Below are positions 26,231 to 35,648 of a stretch of 64,000 bases of DNA, piece by piece. This stretch comes from Bacteroidales bacterium. Lineage in GTDB: Bacteria; Bacteroidota; Bacteroidia; Bacteroidales; VadinHA17. The notes under the pieces were generated by a model that was given only the letters and a program-made list of their open reading frames with translations, searched no databases and was not told the DNA's origin. Where the stretch lies: NCBI GenBank assembly GCA_038252165.1, contig JBBSAP010000001.1, positions 129,530-193,529 on the forward strand. Direction: 5' to 3'. A program made the position numbers and the translations under genes. Numbering within the stretch: position 1 is the first letter of the stretch; every line of letters begins with the position of its first letter.

Positions 26231-28132
26231 ATGAGTGACAATGTAAAACACGAATGCGGCATCGCAATGCTAAGATTGCGAAAGCCGCTGGAATACTATT
26301 TTGAAAAATACGGGACCTGGGACTGGGGGCTCCAGAAAATGTACCTGATGATGGAAAAACAACATAACAGGGGGCAGGATGGGGCAGGCATTGCAGGAAT
26401 CAAAATGAATGTTCAGCCGGGTAACAGGTACATCTTCCGGCAGAGATCAAATAAACCAGATCCGATAAAGGAGGTCTTCGACCTTATCTATGAGGACATT
26501 AGCAGGTTAAGCAGGAAGTATAGGAAAGAGTTTAACAGCCCGGCATTCATTAAATCAAATGTGCCGTTTGCATGCGATATTTACCTGGGTCACCTGCGTT
26601 ATGGCACCTTCGGAAATTATAATATCGATTATGTTCATCCTGTCAGTCGCGAGAACAACTGGAAATCAAAAAACCTTGTTATGGCAGGCAACTTTAACCT
26701 GACAAATGTAGGGGAGCTTTTCAGCAGCCTCGTTGAGTTGGGGCAGACCCCTGTTGATTTCTCCGATACCGTAACAATTCTTGAAAATGTAGGACACAGG
26801 CTTGATGAAGAAAATGAACGGGTTTTCAGATTTTTCAAAGAGCAGGGATATTCAAAAAAAGAGATCACTCCTCTGATCGAGAAAAATCTCGACATTGCAA
26901 CCGTGCTCCGTAAAGCAAGCCGTAACTGGGATGGCGGTTATGTAATGGCAGGGATGGTCGGTCATGGCGATGCATTTGTAATGAGAGATCCGGCAGGAAT
27001 CAGGCCTGCATTTTATTACATCGATGACGAAGTTGTTGTGGCAGCCTCAGAACGGCCAGTGATTCAGACTGTTTTCAATATCCGTACGGATAACGTTATT
27101 GAACTTCCTCCTGCCGGTGCCCTGATTGTCAAAGCCTCGGGAGAAACTTCGATTGAACAGGTAAGAGATGAGGCTGAACTCAGAAAATGCTCATTTGAGA
27201 GAATTTACTTTTCCAGGGGCACTGATAAAACGATTTACAGGGAGAGGAAAAAACTCGGGGAGCTGCTGACGCATCCTGTATTGAAAGCTGTTGGCTATGA
27301 TATTGATAATACGGTATTTTCTTATATCCCCAATACCGCCGAAAGTGCATTCTACGGAATGATAAAGGGTGTTGAGGATTATATAAACAAATCAAAGCTC
27401 GACAGCATAATTAATAAGGGAAGAGACATTACAAGGGATGAGCTTCAGAAAATTATAAGCCAGAGGCCACGGGTCGAAAAAATTGCTGTTAAGGATGTGA
27501 AGCTGAGAACATTTATTACGGAAGATACCAGCAGGGACGACCTGGTAGGTCATGTTTATGATGTAACATATGGGGTCATCAGAAGAGGGATTGACAATCT
27601 TGTAATAATAGATGACTCAATTGTCAGGGGAACCACGCTGAAAAAAAGTATAATAAGAATACTTGACAGACTTGATCCAAAAAAAATAGTAATTGTTTCA
27701 TCATCTCCCCAACTGAGGTATCCCGACTGCTACGGAATTGATATGGCAAAGCTGGGCGATCTTATTGCATTCAAGGCTGCAGTGGACCTTCTGAAAGAAA
27801 ATGGGAATGAACAGCTTCTCCGTGAAATATATGAAGAAGCAAAATCCGAAATACTAAAACCCGTCGGTGAAATCAGAAACCTTGTAAGGGAGATTTACAA
27901 ACCTTTCTGTACCGACATGATTTCCGGTAAGATTTCCTCACTTCTGAAATCAGAGGATATAAGGGCTGAAGTTGAAATCGTTTTCCAGTCAATAGAAGGA
28001 TTGCACGAAGCTTGTCCCGGACATACAGGAGACTGGTACTTTACCGGAAATTATCCTACACCTGGCGGGAACAAAGTATCAAACCAGTCTTTTATCAATT
28101 TTATGGAAGGCAGAAATGAAAGGGCTTACTGA
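26231..28132 (+). CDS. purF: amidophosphoribosyltransferase (long Bacteroidota form)
   Basis: 633 aa. Ntn-type glutamine amidotransferase start (..HECGIAML) and PRPP-binding motif LVIIDDSIVRGTT. Confidence 0.8.
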   Translation: MSDNVKHECGIAMLRLRKPLEYYFEKYGTWDWGLQKMYLMMEKQHNRGQDGAGIAGIKMNVQPGNRYIFRQRSNKPDPIKEVFDLIYEDISRLSRKYRKEFNSPAFIKSNVPFACDIYLGHLRYGTFGNYNIDYVHPVSRENNWKSKNLVMAGNFNLTNVGELFSSLVELGQTPVDFSDTVTILENVGHRLDEENERVFRFFKEQGYSKKEITPLIEKNLDIATVLRKASRNWDGGYVMAGMVGHGDAFVMRDPAGIRPAFYYIDDEVVVAASERPVIQTVFNIRTDNVIELPPAGALIVKASGETSIEQVRDEAELRKCSFERIYFSRGTDKTIYRERKKLGELLTHPVLKAVGYDIDNTVFSYIPNTAESAFYGMIKGVEDYINKSKLDSIINKGRDITRDELQKIISQRPRVEKIAVKDVKLRTFITEDTSRDDLVGHVYDVTYGVIRRGIDNLVIIDDSIVRGTTLKKSIIRILDRLDPKKIVIVSSSPQLRYPDCYGIDMAKLGDLIAFKAAVDLLKENGNEQLLREIYEEAKSEILKPVGEIRNLVREIYKPFCTDMISGKISSLLKSEDIRAEVEIVFQSIEGLHEACPGHTGDWYFTGNYPTPGGNKVSNQSFINFMEGRNERAY

Positions 28133-29097
28133 TTTTCGTGTGAAAACCAGGTAATAAGGAAATCCTTTTTATAGGATGCCAGATGCCTGTTGATCTTCTC
28201 TACATAGATATCCCTCAGCGTGATCATTATCCCGGTCTCTTCAACATTTCCGAACTTGTGATTTATAAAGGTCCCGAATGTCCTCATCGTGGGCGATAAT
28301 CCCATATAGGCGTTTATAAGAGGAGGAATGTTCTCACCAAGTTTCCTTACTTCCCTCGACAGTATTTTATAATTATCCTTGTATCTCCATCCCCTGAAAA
28401 TCCTTCTCATTTCTTCCTGGTTAATGTCAATCCGGGCCGGATCGAGAGGGACAACAAGATTATCAGGATCATTGAAATGTCTTTTCAGGAAATAGAGTAT
28501 CATATTCCTTGCCTTCTGGTCGAAATGAGGGTACATAGTCACCTTTCCGAAGAGGAACTTGAGGTGGTGGTAATCCAGAATTATTGCTCCCAGCCCGTCC
28601 CAGAGATTATCAAGCGCAAAAAGGCTTTTGCGGCCCATCGAACGTGATTGATAGTCAGGATGCACGAAGGAGCGGCCAAGTTCCATCATGTGGGGATAAT
28701 ACTTTTTAAGGAATCTCTGTGAAAACTTAAAATACGACGATGAAGCAAGCTTAGTTACATCGCATTTGATACATCCTTTCGGAGGGAAATATAACCTGTA
28801 GCCGCCGATCATTTCCTTGTTTTCCGGATCCCATACAATCAGCTGTTTCTGAGGATCTTCAGGATCAGTGTCAAACTCATCAAGATCAATATCCTTACCT
28901 GTTCCGCCTCCGGCATGCCGGAAAGTGATCTCTCTTACCCTTCCAATCTCATGCATCAGTGCAGATGAGTTCCTGTGATCAAAAAGGTAAACCTCATTAT
29001 TGCCATTGTTTGTACGACGAAGGAGTTTATCCTGAGTAAGTTCTGCAATGATCTGATCCTTTGGCAGCTGCTCAGCTATAGGTTTCATTATGTCCAT
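28126..29097 (-). CDS. GNAT-family N-acyl amino acid synthase (GlsB/OlsB-like, hemolysin-type)
   Basis: 323 aa. Judged from overall resemblance to the Acetyltransf_5 N-acyltransferases of glycine/ornithine lipid pathways (..EIGRVREITFRHAGGGTGKDIDLDEFD..). Its pairing with the adjacent acyltransferase also supports the call. This is from memory and not searched. Confidence 0.55.
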   Translation of the reverse strand: MDIMKPIAEQLPKDQIIAELTQDKLLRRTNNGNNEVYLFDHRNSSALMHEIGRVREITFRHAGGGTGKDIDLDEFDTDPEDPQKQLIVWDPENKEMIGGYRLYFPPKGCIKCDVTKLASSSYFKFSQRFLKKYYPHMMELGRSFVHPDYQSRSMGRKSLFALDNLWDGLGAIILDYHHLKFLFGKVTMYPHFDQKARNMILYFLKRHFNDPDNLVVPLDPARIDINQEEMRRIFRGWRYKDNYKILSREVRKLGENIPPLINAYMGLSPTMRTFGTFINHKFGNVEETGIMITLRDIYVEKINRHLASYKKDFLITWFSHENQ

Positions 29098-29172
29098 GTT
29101 GGTAACGGCGATTTCAGTATTGGATACAAAAAAATAGGGTACAATTTAGAAATTTTTTTGATTATTTGATTT

Positions 29173-30015
29173 TCAGGTAATAAACGATTTCAGATCATAC
29201 GACTTTCCTTTAACCCATTCTGCCCATTCAGGAGCGGTTTTTGACTTGTCAAAGGTCTGCCATGGAATTCTCTTTCCGAAAACAATATCAATTGCCTTTC
29301 CTTTCTGCTTAAATAGCTCATCGACGAGATACAGCATTTCAATATTTGCTTTTATACCCAGGAAACTCCTGATATTGGAGAGGTTATAGAAGAAATTCGA
29401 GTTCCGGCCCGAAAAATATGCCGGAATGATGTCTCTCTTGTATTGTACTGATTTTGAAATGAAACTTTTATGCCACTGGAGATCCCTTATGACCCCTTTC
29501 TTCTTCCTCGAACACAATCCTGCGGGGTAATAGAGGATCTGGCTCTGTGAGGCATAAGCTTCCTCGATCTTCCTTGCAGCTTCCCTGTCCTGTGCTCCAT
29601 GCTTGTTTATAGGAAGGAATATTCCCGACAGGTTTCTGATATTCATAAGGATGTCATTTACAGGGAATTTCAGATCACTGTAGTATGCTGACAGCTCATT
29701 TATGAAGACCAGTCCGTCGAGACCCCCAAGGGGATGATTTGAGACAAAAATATATCTTCCGGAATCCGGGATATTTTCTTTGCATGAAACCCTGTAGCTG
29801 ATATTAAAAAATTCAAGACCGGCCTTTATGAATTCAGCATCTTTCAGGTGCCCGGCATTTTTCAGGAATTCATTAAGTTCATCCTGATGAACAATTCTTT
29901 TTAAATATCTGACAATGAATCCGGGAACAGCTTTTTTCAGAGCCGGGTTCTTGGAATAGAGGATCTGCTCAACATCGATTTTAAGAACATCACCTGTTTC
30001 GGTGGTTTTAGTCAT
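29173..30015 (-). CDS. lysophospholipid/1-acyl-glycerol-3-phosphate-type acyltransferase (GlsA/OlsA-like)
   Basis: 280 aa with the HX4D acyltransferase motif in VSNHPLGGLDG. It lies immediately upstream of the GNAT gene on the same strand. Confidence 0.6.
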   Translation of the reverse strand: MTKTTETGDVLKIDVEQILYSKNPALKKAVPGFIVRYLKRIVHQDELNEFLKNAGHLKDAEFIKAGLEFFNISYRVSCKENIPDSGRYIFVSNHPLGGLDGLVFINELSAYYSDLKFPVNDILMNIRNLSGIFLPINKHGAQDREAARKIEEAYASQSQILYYPAGLCSRKKKGVIRDLQWHKSFISKSVQYKRDIIPAYFSGRNSNFFYNLSNIRSFLGIKANIEMLYLVDELFKQKGKAIDIVFGKRIPWQTFDKSKTAPEWAEWVKGKSYDLKSFIT

Positions 30016-30252
30016 GCAGCTGGTCGTATTATCAATACAGGCATAAAAGTATCAAAAAAGATTTAAAGTATGTCTTAAAAGCACACCACCTCCCTCCCGG
30101 TTTTGTCGGGGTTACTCTTCCTCTCAGGAAAGGAGGAAGTTATATAGCTGTTTTCCCACAATCTTTAAAATTTTTATTGTGCGCGAAACTCCATTATATG
30201 GCCATATCATGAGGGTCAGAAGAAAAAGTTATTAACAACCACAAAAAATAAT

Positions 30253-30277
30253 GTGGGGTAAAGTGGGGGTAAGTGGA
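30253..30277 (+). promoter_or_regulatory. MraZ operator-like triple direct repeat
   Basis: GTGGGGTAAA / GTGGGGGTAA / GTGGATAA: three GTGG(G) repeats with a 10-nt period, 44-68 nt upstream of the mraZ ATG. A near-consensus -7 box TATTTTAG lies at 30289-30296. Confidence 0.65.
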
Positions 30278-30320
30278 TAATTTTTTCATATTTTAGCGTT
30301 TTAATTGTCAGAAAGAGAGT

Positions 30321-30788
30321 ATGGCCACATTTATAGGCGATTACCCGTGCAAAGTGGATGTAAAGGGAAGGATAATCCTTCCGATGGCATTCAAAAAGCA
30401 GATGCCTGCTGCTGCACAGGATCATTTTGTGGTCAGGAAGGATATTTTCGAAAACTGCCTTGTATTGTATGCAATCGACGACTGGAACAGGCAAATAGAA
30501 AAGATCAGGAAGAAAATAAATCCTTACAATCGTGAGCATAACATGTTCCTACGGAACTTTTTCAAGGGAACCGCCGAACTTACTCTCGACAATAATAACC
30601 GGATGCTGATACCAAAAAGACTGATGGACCTTATTGCAGCGGAAAGGGATGTCGTCCTTGCCGGACAGGACGGAAGAATTGAGATTTGGCCGGCATCGGT
30701 TTATGAGACAATCGGAATGCCTTCTGAAGATTTTGCCAACCTGGCTGAAAAGCTTATGGGTGGAAGCATAAATGAGCCTCTGGAATAA
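30321..30788 (+). CDS. mraZ: transcriptional regulator MraZ
   Basis: 155 aa with two SpoVT/AbrB-like halves (VDVKGRIILP, DNNNRMLIPKRL). It is the first gene of the dcw cluster. Confidence 0.93.
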   Translation: MATFIGDYPCKVDVKGRIILPMAFKKQMPAAAQDHFVVRKDIFENCLVLYAIDDWNRQIEKIRKKINPYNREHNMFLRNFFKGTAELTLDNNNRMLIPKRLMDLIAAERDVVLAGQDGRIEIWPASVYETIGMPSEDFANLAEKLMGGSINEPLE

Positions 30789-31684
30789 TGTTTTACCATG
30801 TGCCCGCATTACTTGAAGAGAGTGTCAGGGGGTTGAATATCCGGCCCGACGGAATCTACGTTGATGTCACTTTCGGCGGTGGCGGGCACTCGATGGAGAT
30901 CATGAAAAGGCTTAAGAAAGGCAAGCTGATAGCCTTTGACCAGGATGAGGATGCAATGAGGAATGTTCCCAATGATAAAAGGCTCATCTTTCTGAATCAG
31001 AATTTCAGGTTTTTGAAGAACAATCTGAGATTCAATGGTATAGACTCAATTGACGGGCTTATTGCCGATCTGGGTGTTTCATTTCACCAGTTTGATGAGC
31101 CGGAAAGGGGGTTTACATTCCGTCAGGATGTACCACTTGATATGAGAATGAATAAAAAGGGATCAGTAACAGCCGCCAGCCTCCTGAAGACGCTTGATGA
31201 GGCTTCGCTCGCCAAAATCATGTATGATTTCGGAGAGCTTGTCAATTCAAGGCGCATTGCAAGGGAGATTATGACAGCCAGAGCTGTAAACCCGCTTAAA
31301 ACGGTTAGTGATATTATAAATGCAATAGGGAAGCTGGCCCCGCCGCACCAGGAACATAAATTCTATGCCAGGGTATTTCAGGCTTTGAGGATTGCTGTTA
31401 ACCATGAGATCGATTACCTGAGGGAGATGCTTGAGCAGTCTCTCGACCTGTTGAAAAAGGATGGCCGGCTGGTTGTGATTACCTATCATTCGCTTGAGGA
31501 CAGGGTTGTTAAGAACTTCATGAGAACGGGAGATTTTGAGGGCGAGGAAAAGAAAGATTTCTATGGAAACCTGATCACCCCTTTCAGGATTATAAACAAG
31601 AAGGGTACAGTTCCTGATGAAAATGAGATTGAGGATAATAAAAGAGCAAGAAGTGCAAGGCTGAGAATTGCAGAAAAGATCTGA
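30788..31684 (+). CDS. rsmH: 16S rRNA (cytosine1402-N4)-methyltransferase
   Basis: 298 aa with YVDVTFGGGGHS (SAM site) and SLEDRVVKNF. TAATG overlap with mraZ. Confidence 0.93.
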   Translation: MFYHVPALLEESVRGLNIRPDGIYVDVTFGGGGHSMEIMKRLKKGKLIAFDQDEDAMRNVPNDKRLIFLNQNFRFLKNNLRFNGIDSIDGLIADLGVSFHQFDEPERGFTFRQDVPLDMRMNKKGSVTAASLLKTLDEASLAKIMYDFGELVNSRRIAREIMTARAVNPLKTVSDIINAIGKLAPPHQEHKFYARVFQALRIAVNHEIDYLREMLEQSLDLLKKDGRLVVITYHSLEDRVVKNFMRTGDFEGEEKKDFYGNLITPFRIINKKGTVPDENEIEDNKRARSARLRIAEKI

Positions 31685-31686
31685 AG

Positions 31687-32043
31687 ATGACGGAATCGAA
31701 GAAAGCAAAACCAAAGCAGGGCAAGCCTGGCAGTTTCATGAAGGAACTGATGAGCGGAATTATTTTTTCCGATGTGATCATACTCAAGAACCTGTGGTAC
31801 ATAATTTTTCTTACGATCCTTGGTGCTTTTTATATCGGCAACAGGTTTCACGCAGAAAAAATCACCCGTGAAAGTGCAAGGCTCACAAGAGAAGTGAAGG
31901 ACCTTAAAGCCGAATCTCTTTCAACCTCAGCAAGTCTGATGTATGTAAGCAAGCAGTCGGAGGTTTACAGGATGGTTCGTGAAAAGGGTCTTGGGCTTGA
32001 GGAACTTAAAACACCACCATATAGGCTGATAGTTGATAAATAG
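31687..32043 (+). CDS. FtsL-like cell division protein
   Basis: 118 aa. A single TM (LWYIIFLTILGAFYIG) followed by a coiled coil. Its position between rsmH and ftsI fits FtsL. Confidence 0.7.
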   Translation: MTESKKAKPKQGKPGSFMKELMSGIIFSDVIILKNLWYIIFLTILGAFYIGNRFHAEKITRESARLTREVKDLKAESLSTSASLMYVSKQSEVYRMVREKGLGLEELKTPPYRLIVDK

Positions 32044-32051
32044 GAAAAAGG

Positions 32052-34172
32052 ATGGCAGTCAGGGACGAAATAGTATGGAGGAGCGCGGTCGTATACTTTG
32101 TATTGACGGTTCTGGCCATTGCTTTAATTGTTCAGATCGTTATTCTGCAATATGTCCAGAGGAGCAAGTGGTCAGCAATGAGCGAGAAATATGTTTTCAA
32201 GACAGCTGAGATGCCTGCAAACAGGGGAGATATCCTTGCCAATGACGGCCGGTTACTTGCCAGTTCGGTTCCCTATTATTCGATCTACATGGATACCAGA
32301 AGCAGCGGTATGACAGCTGAAACATGGTCAGGCGGGATCGGCGGGTTATCAGAAGGTCTCTCGAGGCTTCTCGGAGTAAGATCGCCCGGTGGATGGAGAT
32401 CAGTTATAACTGAAGCAAGAAAGAGGGGAGACCGCTATTTTCCTGTTCAGAAGAAAGTAGATTATGCAACTCTTAAAAAGCTTAAGGAGCTGCCCATTTT
32501 CAGAGAAGGTCAGTATAAGGGCGGTCTTGTTGCGCAACCTGAAAGCAGAAGGATCCTTCCCCACAATGAACTGGCAGCAAGGACGATAGGCTATCTGAAC
32601 CAGAGTACGGAAGGCACCCAGGTTGGCCTTGAGGGTTCTTTCAATAAGGATCTTGCAGGAAAGAACGGTTTAGTTGTAAAGCAGAGGCTTACAGGCGGCG
32701 ACTGGATCATAGTCAACGATGGTGAAAGCGTTGGATCGAAGGACGGAAATGATATAGTAACAACGATCGATGTTGATCTTCAGGATGTAGCATCGAGTGC
32801 ACTCGAAACCCAGCTCAGAAAGCACAACGCTCATCATGGCTGTGCAGTACTAATGGAAGTTGAGACTGGTGACATACGGGCTATTGCCAACCTTGAGAGC
32901 AGAGGTGACGGGAGTTTTCACGAGACATATAACTATGCCATCGCCGAAAGTACCGAGCCAGGTTCAACCTTCAAACTGGCTTCACTTATGGCAGCTATTG
33001 AAGACGGAGTGATAGATACAGGTGATATTGTTGACACAGGTAACGGGAAAGTAAAGTTCTATAACAAGATAATCCGCGACACGAAGGAAGAAGGATATGG
33101 TAAACTCACTGTAAAGCAGGTATTTGAAAAATCTTCCAATGTCGGTACATCAATAATTATTAACGAGCATTACAAGAACAATCCAAAGGATTTTGTAAAC
33201 AGGCTCTATGCTATGAAACTTAATCAGCAGCTTAACCTTCAGATTAAAGGAGAAGGGAAGCCGCTTATAAGATATCCAGGCGATAAATACTGGTCAGGTC
33301 TTTCTCTGCCAATGATGTCGCACGGATATGAGGTTCAGATGACTCCCCTGCAGATACTTACCTTCTATAATGCTGTTGCAAACAACGGAAAGATGATGCG
33401 GCCCAGATTTGTTACCGCTATCCTCAGGAACGGATCAGTCGTAAAGAATTTTGGAACAGAAGTCATAATAAACTCAATTGCTTCAAGGAACACTGTAAGG
33501 AAGGCCAAAGCTATGATGGAGGGTGTTGTGGAGCATGGGACGGCAACCAATCTGAAGAACTCAAATTATAAGATAGCAGGAAAGACCGGCACGGCCCAGA
33601 TAGCAAGCAATAACCGGGGATACCATCAGGGTGACAGGATGTCATATCAGGCCTCATTTGTAGGATATTTTCCGGCAGAAAACCCGCTTTATTCCTGTAT
33701 AGTGGTTGTCAATGCACCTTCAAACGGGGTATACTACGGAAACATAGTTGCCGGTTCGGTTTTCAAGGAAATATCCGACAAGGTCTATGCAACCAGGTTC
33801 TTCAGAGATTACAGGGCGGAAAGCAAAGAGGATAAAGATAAAAAGCCGGCTGCACCGGAAGCAGGCAATGGATTAAGATCTGATATAAATGAAGTTCTGG
33901 GCGAATTTGATGTCAGATATAAAAAGACTTCAAAAGAGGAGTGGGTGGCTACACATGAAAGCGGCGATACAATAAGACTTGTCGGTATCGGCCTTAAAAA
34001 AGGCCTGGTACCTGATGTAAGGGGCATGAGTCTGAGAGATGCTGTTTACCTTCTCGAAAACGCCGGCCTCAGGGTAAGATACAGCGGAAAAGGAAAGGTT
34101 TTAAGACAATCGCCTGAGCACGGAGCGAGGATTTATGAAGGAAGTGTTGTTTCACTTGATATGAATATGTGA
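32052..34172 (+). CDS. ftsI: penicillin-binding protein 3-type transpeptidase with C-terminal PASTA domain
   Basis: 706 aa. Contains SxxK (STFKL), SxN (SSN) and KTG (KTGTA) motifs. The C-terminal VPDVRGMSLRDAVYLLENAGLRVRYSGKG is PASTA-like. Confidence 0.9.
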   Translation: MAVRDEIVWRSAVVYFVLTVLAIALIVQIVILQYVQRSKWSAMSEKYVFKTAEMPANRGDILANDGRLLASSVPYYSIYMDTRSSGMTAETWSGGIGGLSEGLSRLLGVRSPGGWRSVITEARKRGDRYFPVQKKVDYATLKKLKELPIFREGQYKGGLVAQPESRRILPHNELAARTIGYLNQSTEGTQVGLEGSFNKDLAGKNGLVVKQRLTGGDWIIVNDGESVGSKDGNDIVTTIDVDLQDVASSALETQLRKHNAHHGCAVLMEVETGDIRAIANLESRGDGSFHETYNYAIAESTEPGSTFKLASLMAAIEDGVIDTGDIVDTGNGKVKFYNKIIRDTKEEGYGKLTVKQVFEKSSNVGTSIIINEHYKNNPKDFVNRLYAMKLNQQLNLQIKGEGKPLIRYPGDKYWSGLSLPMMSHGYEVQMTPLQILTFYNAVANNGKMMRPRFVTAILRNGSVVKNFGTEVIINSIASRNTVRKAKAMMEGVVEHGTATNLKNSNYKIAGKTGTAQIASNNRGYHQGDRMSYQASFVGYFPAENPLYSCIVVVNAPSNGVYYGNIVAGSVFKEISDKVYATRFFRDYRAESKEDKDKKPAAPEAGNGLRSDINEVLGEFDVRYKKTSKEEWVATHESGDTIRLVGIGLKKGLVPDVRGMSLRDAVYLLENAGLRVRYSGKGKVLRQSPEHGARIYEGSVVSLDMNM

Positions 34173-34178
34173 TTTACC

Positions 34179-35645
34179 ATGGCAAATATAAGTGATTTGA
34201 TAAGGGACATCGGGGTGATTTCAGTTGTGGGAGAAGAAGATCCGGTAATTGACAGGATCGAATTTGATTCACGAAAGGTTACTCCCGGTACATTGTTCGT
34301 CGCAGTAAAGGGTACCAAAAGCGACGGGCATGATTTTATCGGGGAAGCAATTAAATCAGGCGCATCAGCTGTTATTTGTGAAGTTCTTCCCGGAAAGCCT
34401 GATAAAAAGGTCTGCTGGATAAAAACAAATGATTCCGCAAAGGCACTCGGTATTGCGGCTTCCTGGTTTTTCGGCAATCCCTCTTCTTCACTAAAGCTTA
34501 CAGGAGTTACCGGTACAAATGGAAAAACTACTATTGCCACTTTGCTCTACAGGATGTTCTCGAGGCTCGGGTATAAATGCGGACTCTTTTCCACGGTATG
34601 TAATTACATTGTAATTACAGAGCTTCCGGCTACCCATACCACTCCCGATCCCATTGAGCTTAACAGGATCCTTGCCGCCATGGTTAAGGAAGGCTGCGAC
34701 TATGCATTCATGGAGGTAAGCTCGCACGCGGTTGATCAGAAACGGATTGCAGGATTGAAATTTGCCGGAGGGATCTTTACAAACCTGACGCACGATCATC
34801 TTGATTATCATAAGACATTCAGCAATTACCTGAATGCCAAGAAAAGCTTTTTCGATTCACTTGCCTCCGGCGCATTTGCACTTGCAAACCTGGATGACAA
34901 AAATGGTAAGATAATGCTCCAGAATTGCAGCGCCCGGAAATATACATTTTCCACCAGAGATGTGGCGGATTTCCGCTGTAATGTGATTGAGCAGGACTTC
35001 AGGGGGATGGATCTGAGGATTCAGGGAGAGGAGGTCTGGACCAGGTTCATCGGAGATTATAATGCTTCCAACCTGCTGGCAGTTTTTGCAGCATCAGAAC
35101 TGCTTGGCGGAAGCCGGAAGGAAATACTTGCAATACTCAGCGATCTGAGGTCAGTTCCCGGAAGGCTCGAATCAGTTGCGAGTACAGGCGGAATAACCGG
35201 CCTGGTCGATTACGCTCATACACCTGATGCACTCCTAAATGTAATATCGACAATCAACAAGATCAGGGAGGGGGGCCATCAGCTTATTACAGTGGTGGGT
35301 GCAGGCGGCGACAGGGATCGCACAAAACGTCCCCAAATGGCTGCCATAACTGCTGAAGGCAGCTCAAAGGCTATTCTTACCTCAGACAATCCAAGGACCG
35401 AGGATCCGGAGAAGATACTTGACGATATGGAAGCAGGCATAACTCCCGATTTAAGGCGGAAGGTTCTCAGGATCTGCGACAGGAGAGAAGCAATAAAAAC
35501 GGCAGTCATGCTTGCCGGTACCGGCGATGTGGTACTTGTTGCCGGCAAGGGGCATGAAAATTATCAGGAGATCAACGGTATAAAACATCATTTCGACGAC
35601 AGGGAGGAACTAAAGGCTGCCCTGCTGTCGAAAAACAACAGATAG
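34179..35645 (+). CDS. murE: UDP-N-acetylmuramoyl-L-alanyl-D-glutamate--2,6-diaminopimelate ligase
   Basis: 488 aa. P-loop GVTGTNGKTT and the DNPR motif (TSDNPRTEDP) characteristic of the mDAP-adding MurE. Confidence 0.92.
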   Translation: MANISDLIRDIGVISVVGEEDPVIDRIEFDSRKVTPGTLFVAVKGTKSDGHDFIGEAIKSGASAVICEVLPGKPDKKVCWIKTNDSAKALGIAASWFFGNPSSSLKLTGVTGTNGKTTIATLLYRMFSRLGYKCGLFSTVCNYIVITELPATHTTPDPIELNRILAAMVKEGCDYAFMEVSSHAVDQKRIAGLKFAGGIFTNLTHDHLDYHKTFSNYLNAKKSFFDSLASGAFALANLDDKNGKIMLQNCSARKYTFSTRDVADFRCNVIEQDFRGMDLRIQGEEVWTRFIGDYNASNLLAVFAASELLGGSRKEILAILSDLRSVPGRLESVASTGGITGLVDYAHTPDALLNVISTINKIREGGHQLITVVGAGGDRDRTKRPQMAAITAEGSSKAILTSDNPRTEDPEKILDDMEAGITPDLRRKVLRICDRREAIKTAVMLAGTGDVVLVAGKGHENYQEINGIKHHFDDREELKAALLSKNNR

Positions 35646-35648
35646 GAT

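Noticed and set aside
30270-30279. DnaA-box-like AGTGGATAA.
   Set aside because: It is a single copy with one mismatch, and it is the third unit of the 10-nt-phased GTGG(G) MraZ operator.
34600-34619. A 20-nt exact match (GTAATTACATTGTAATTACA) between the murE coding region and the intergenic twin palindrome at 7151-7170.
   Set aside because: In murE it encodes ..NYIVIT.. within a segment of the expected length for MurE (no insertion). The sequence is an internally repetitive AT-rich 9-mer duplication. I cannot exclude a real link, but coding constraint plus low complexity is the simpler explanation.
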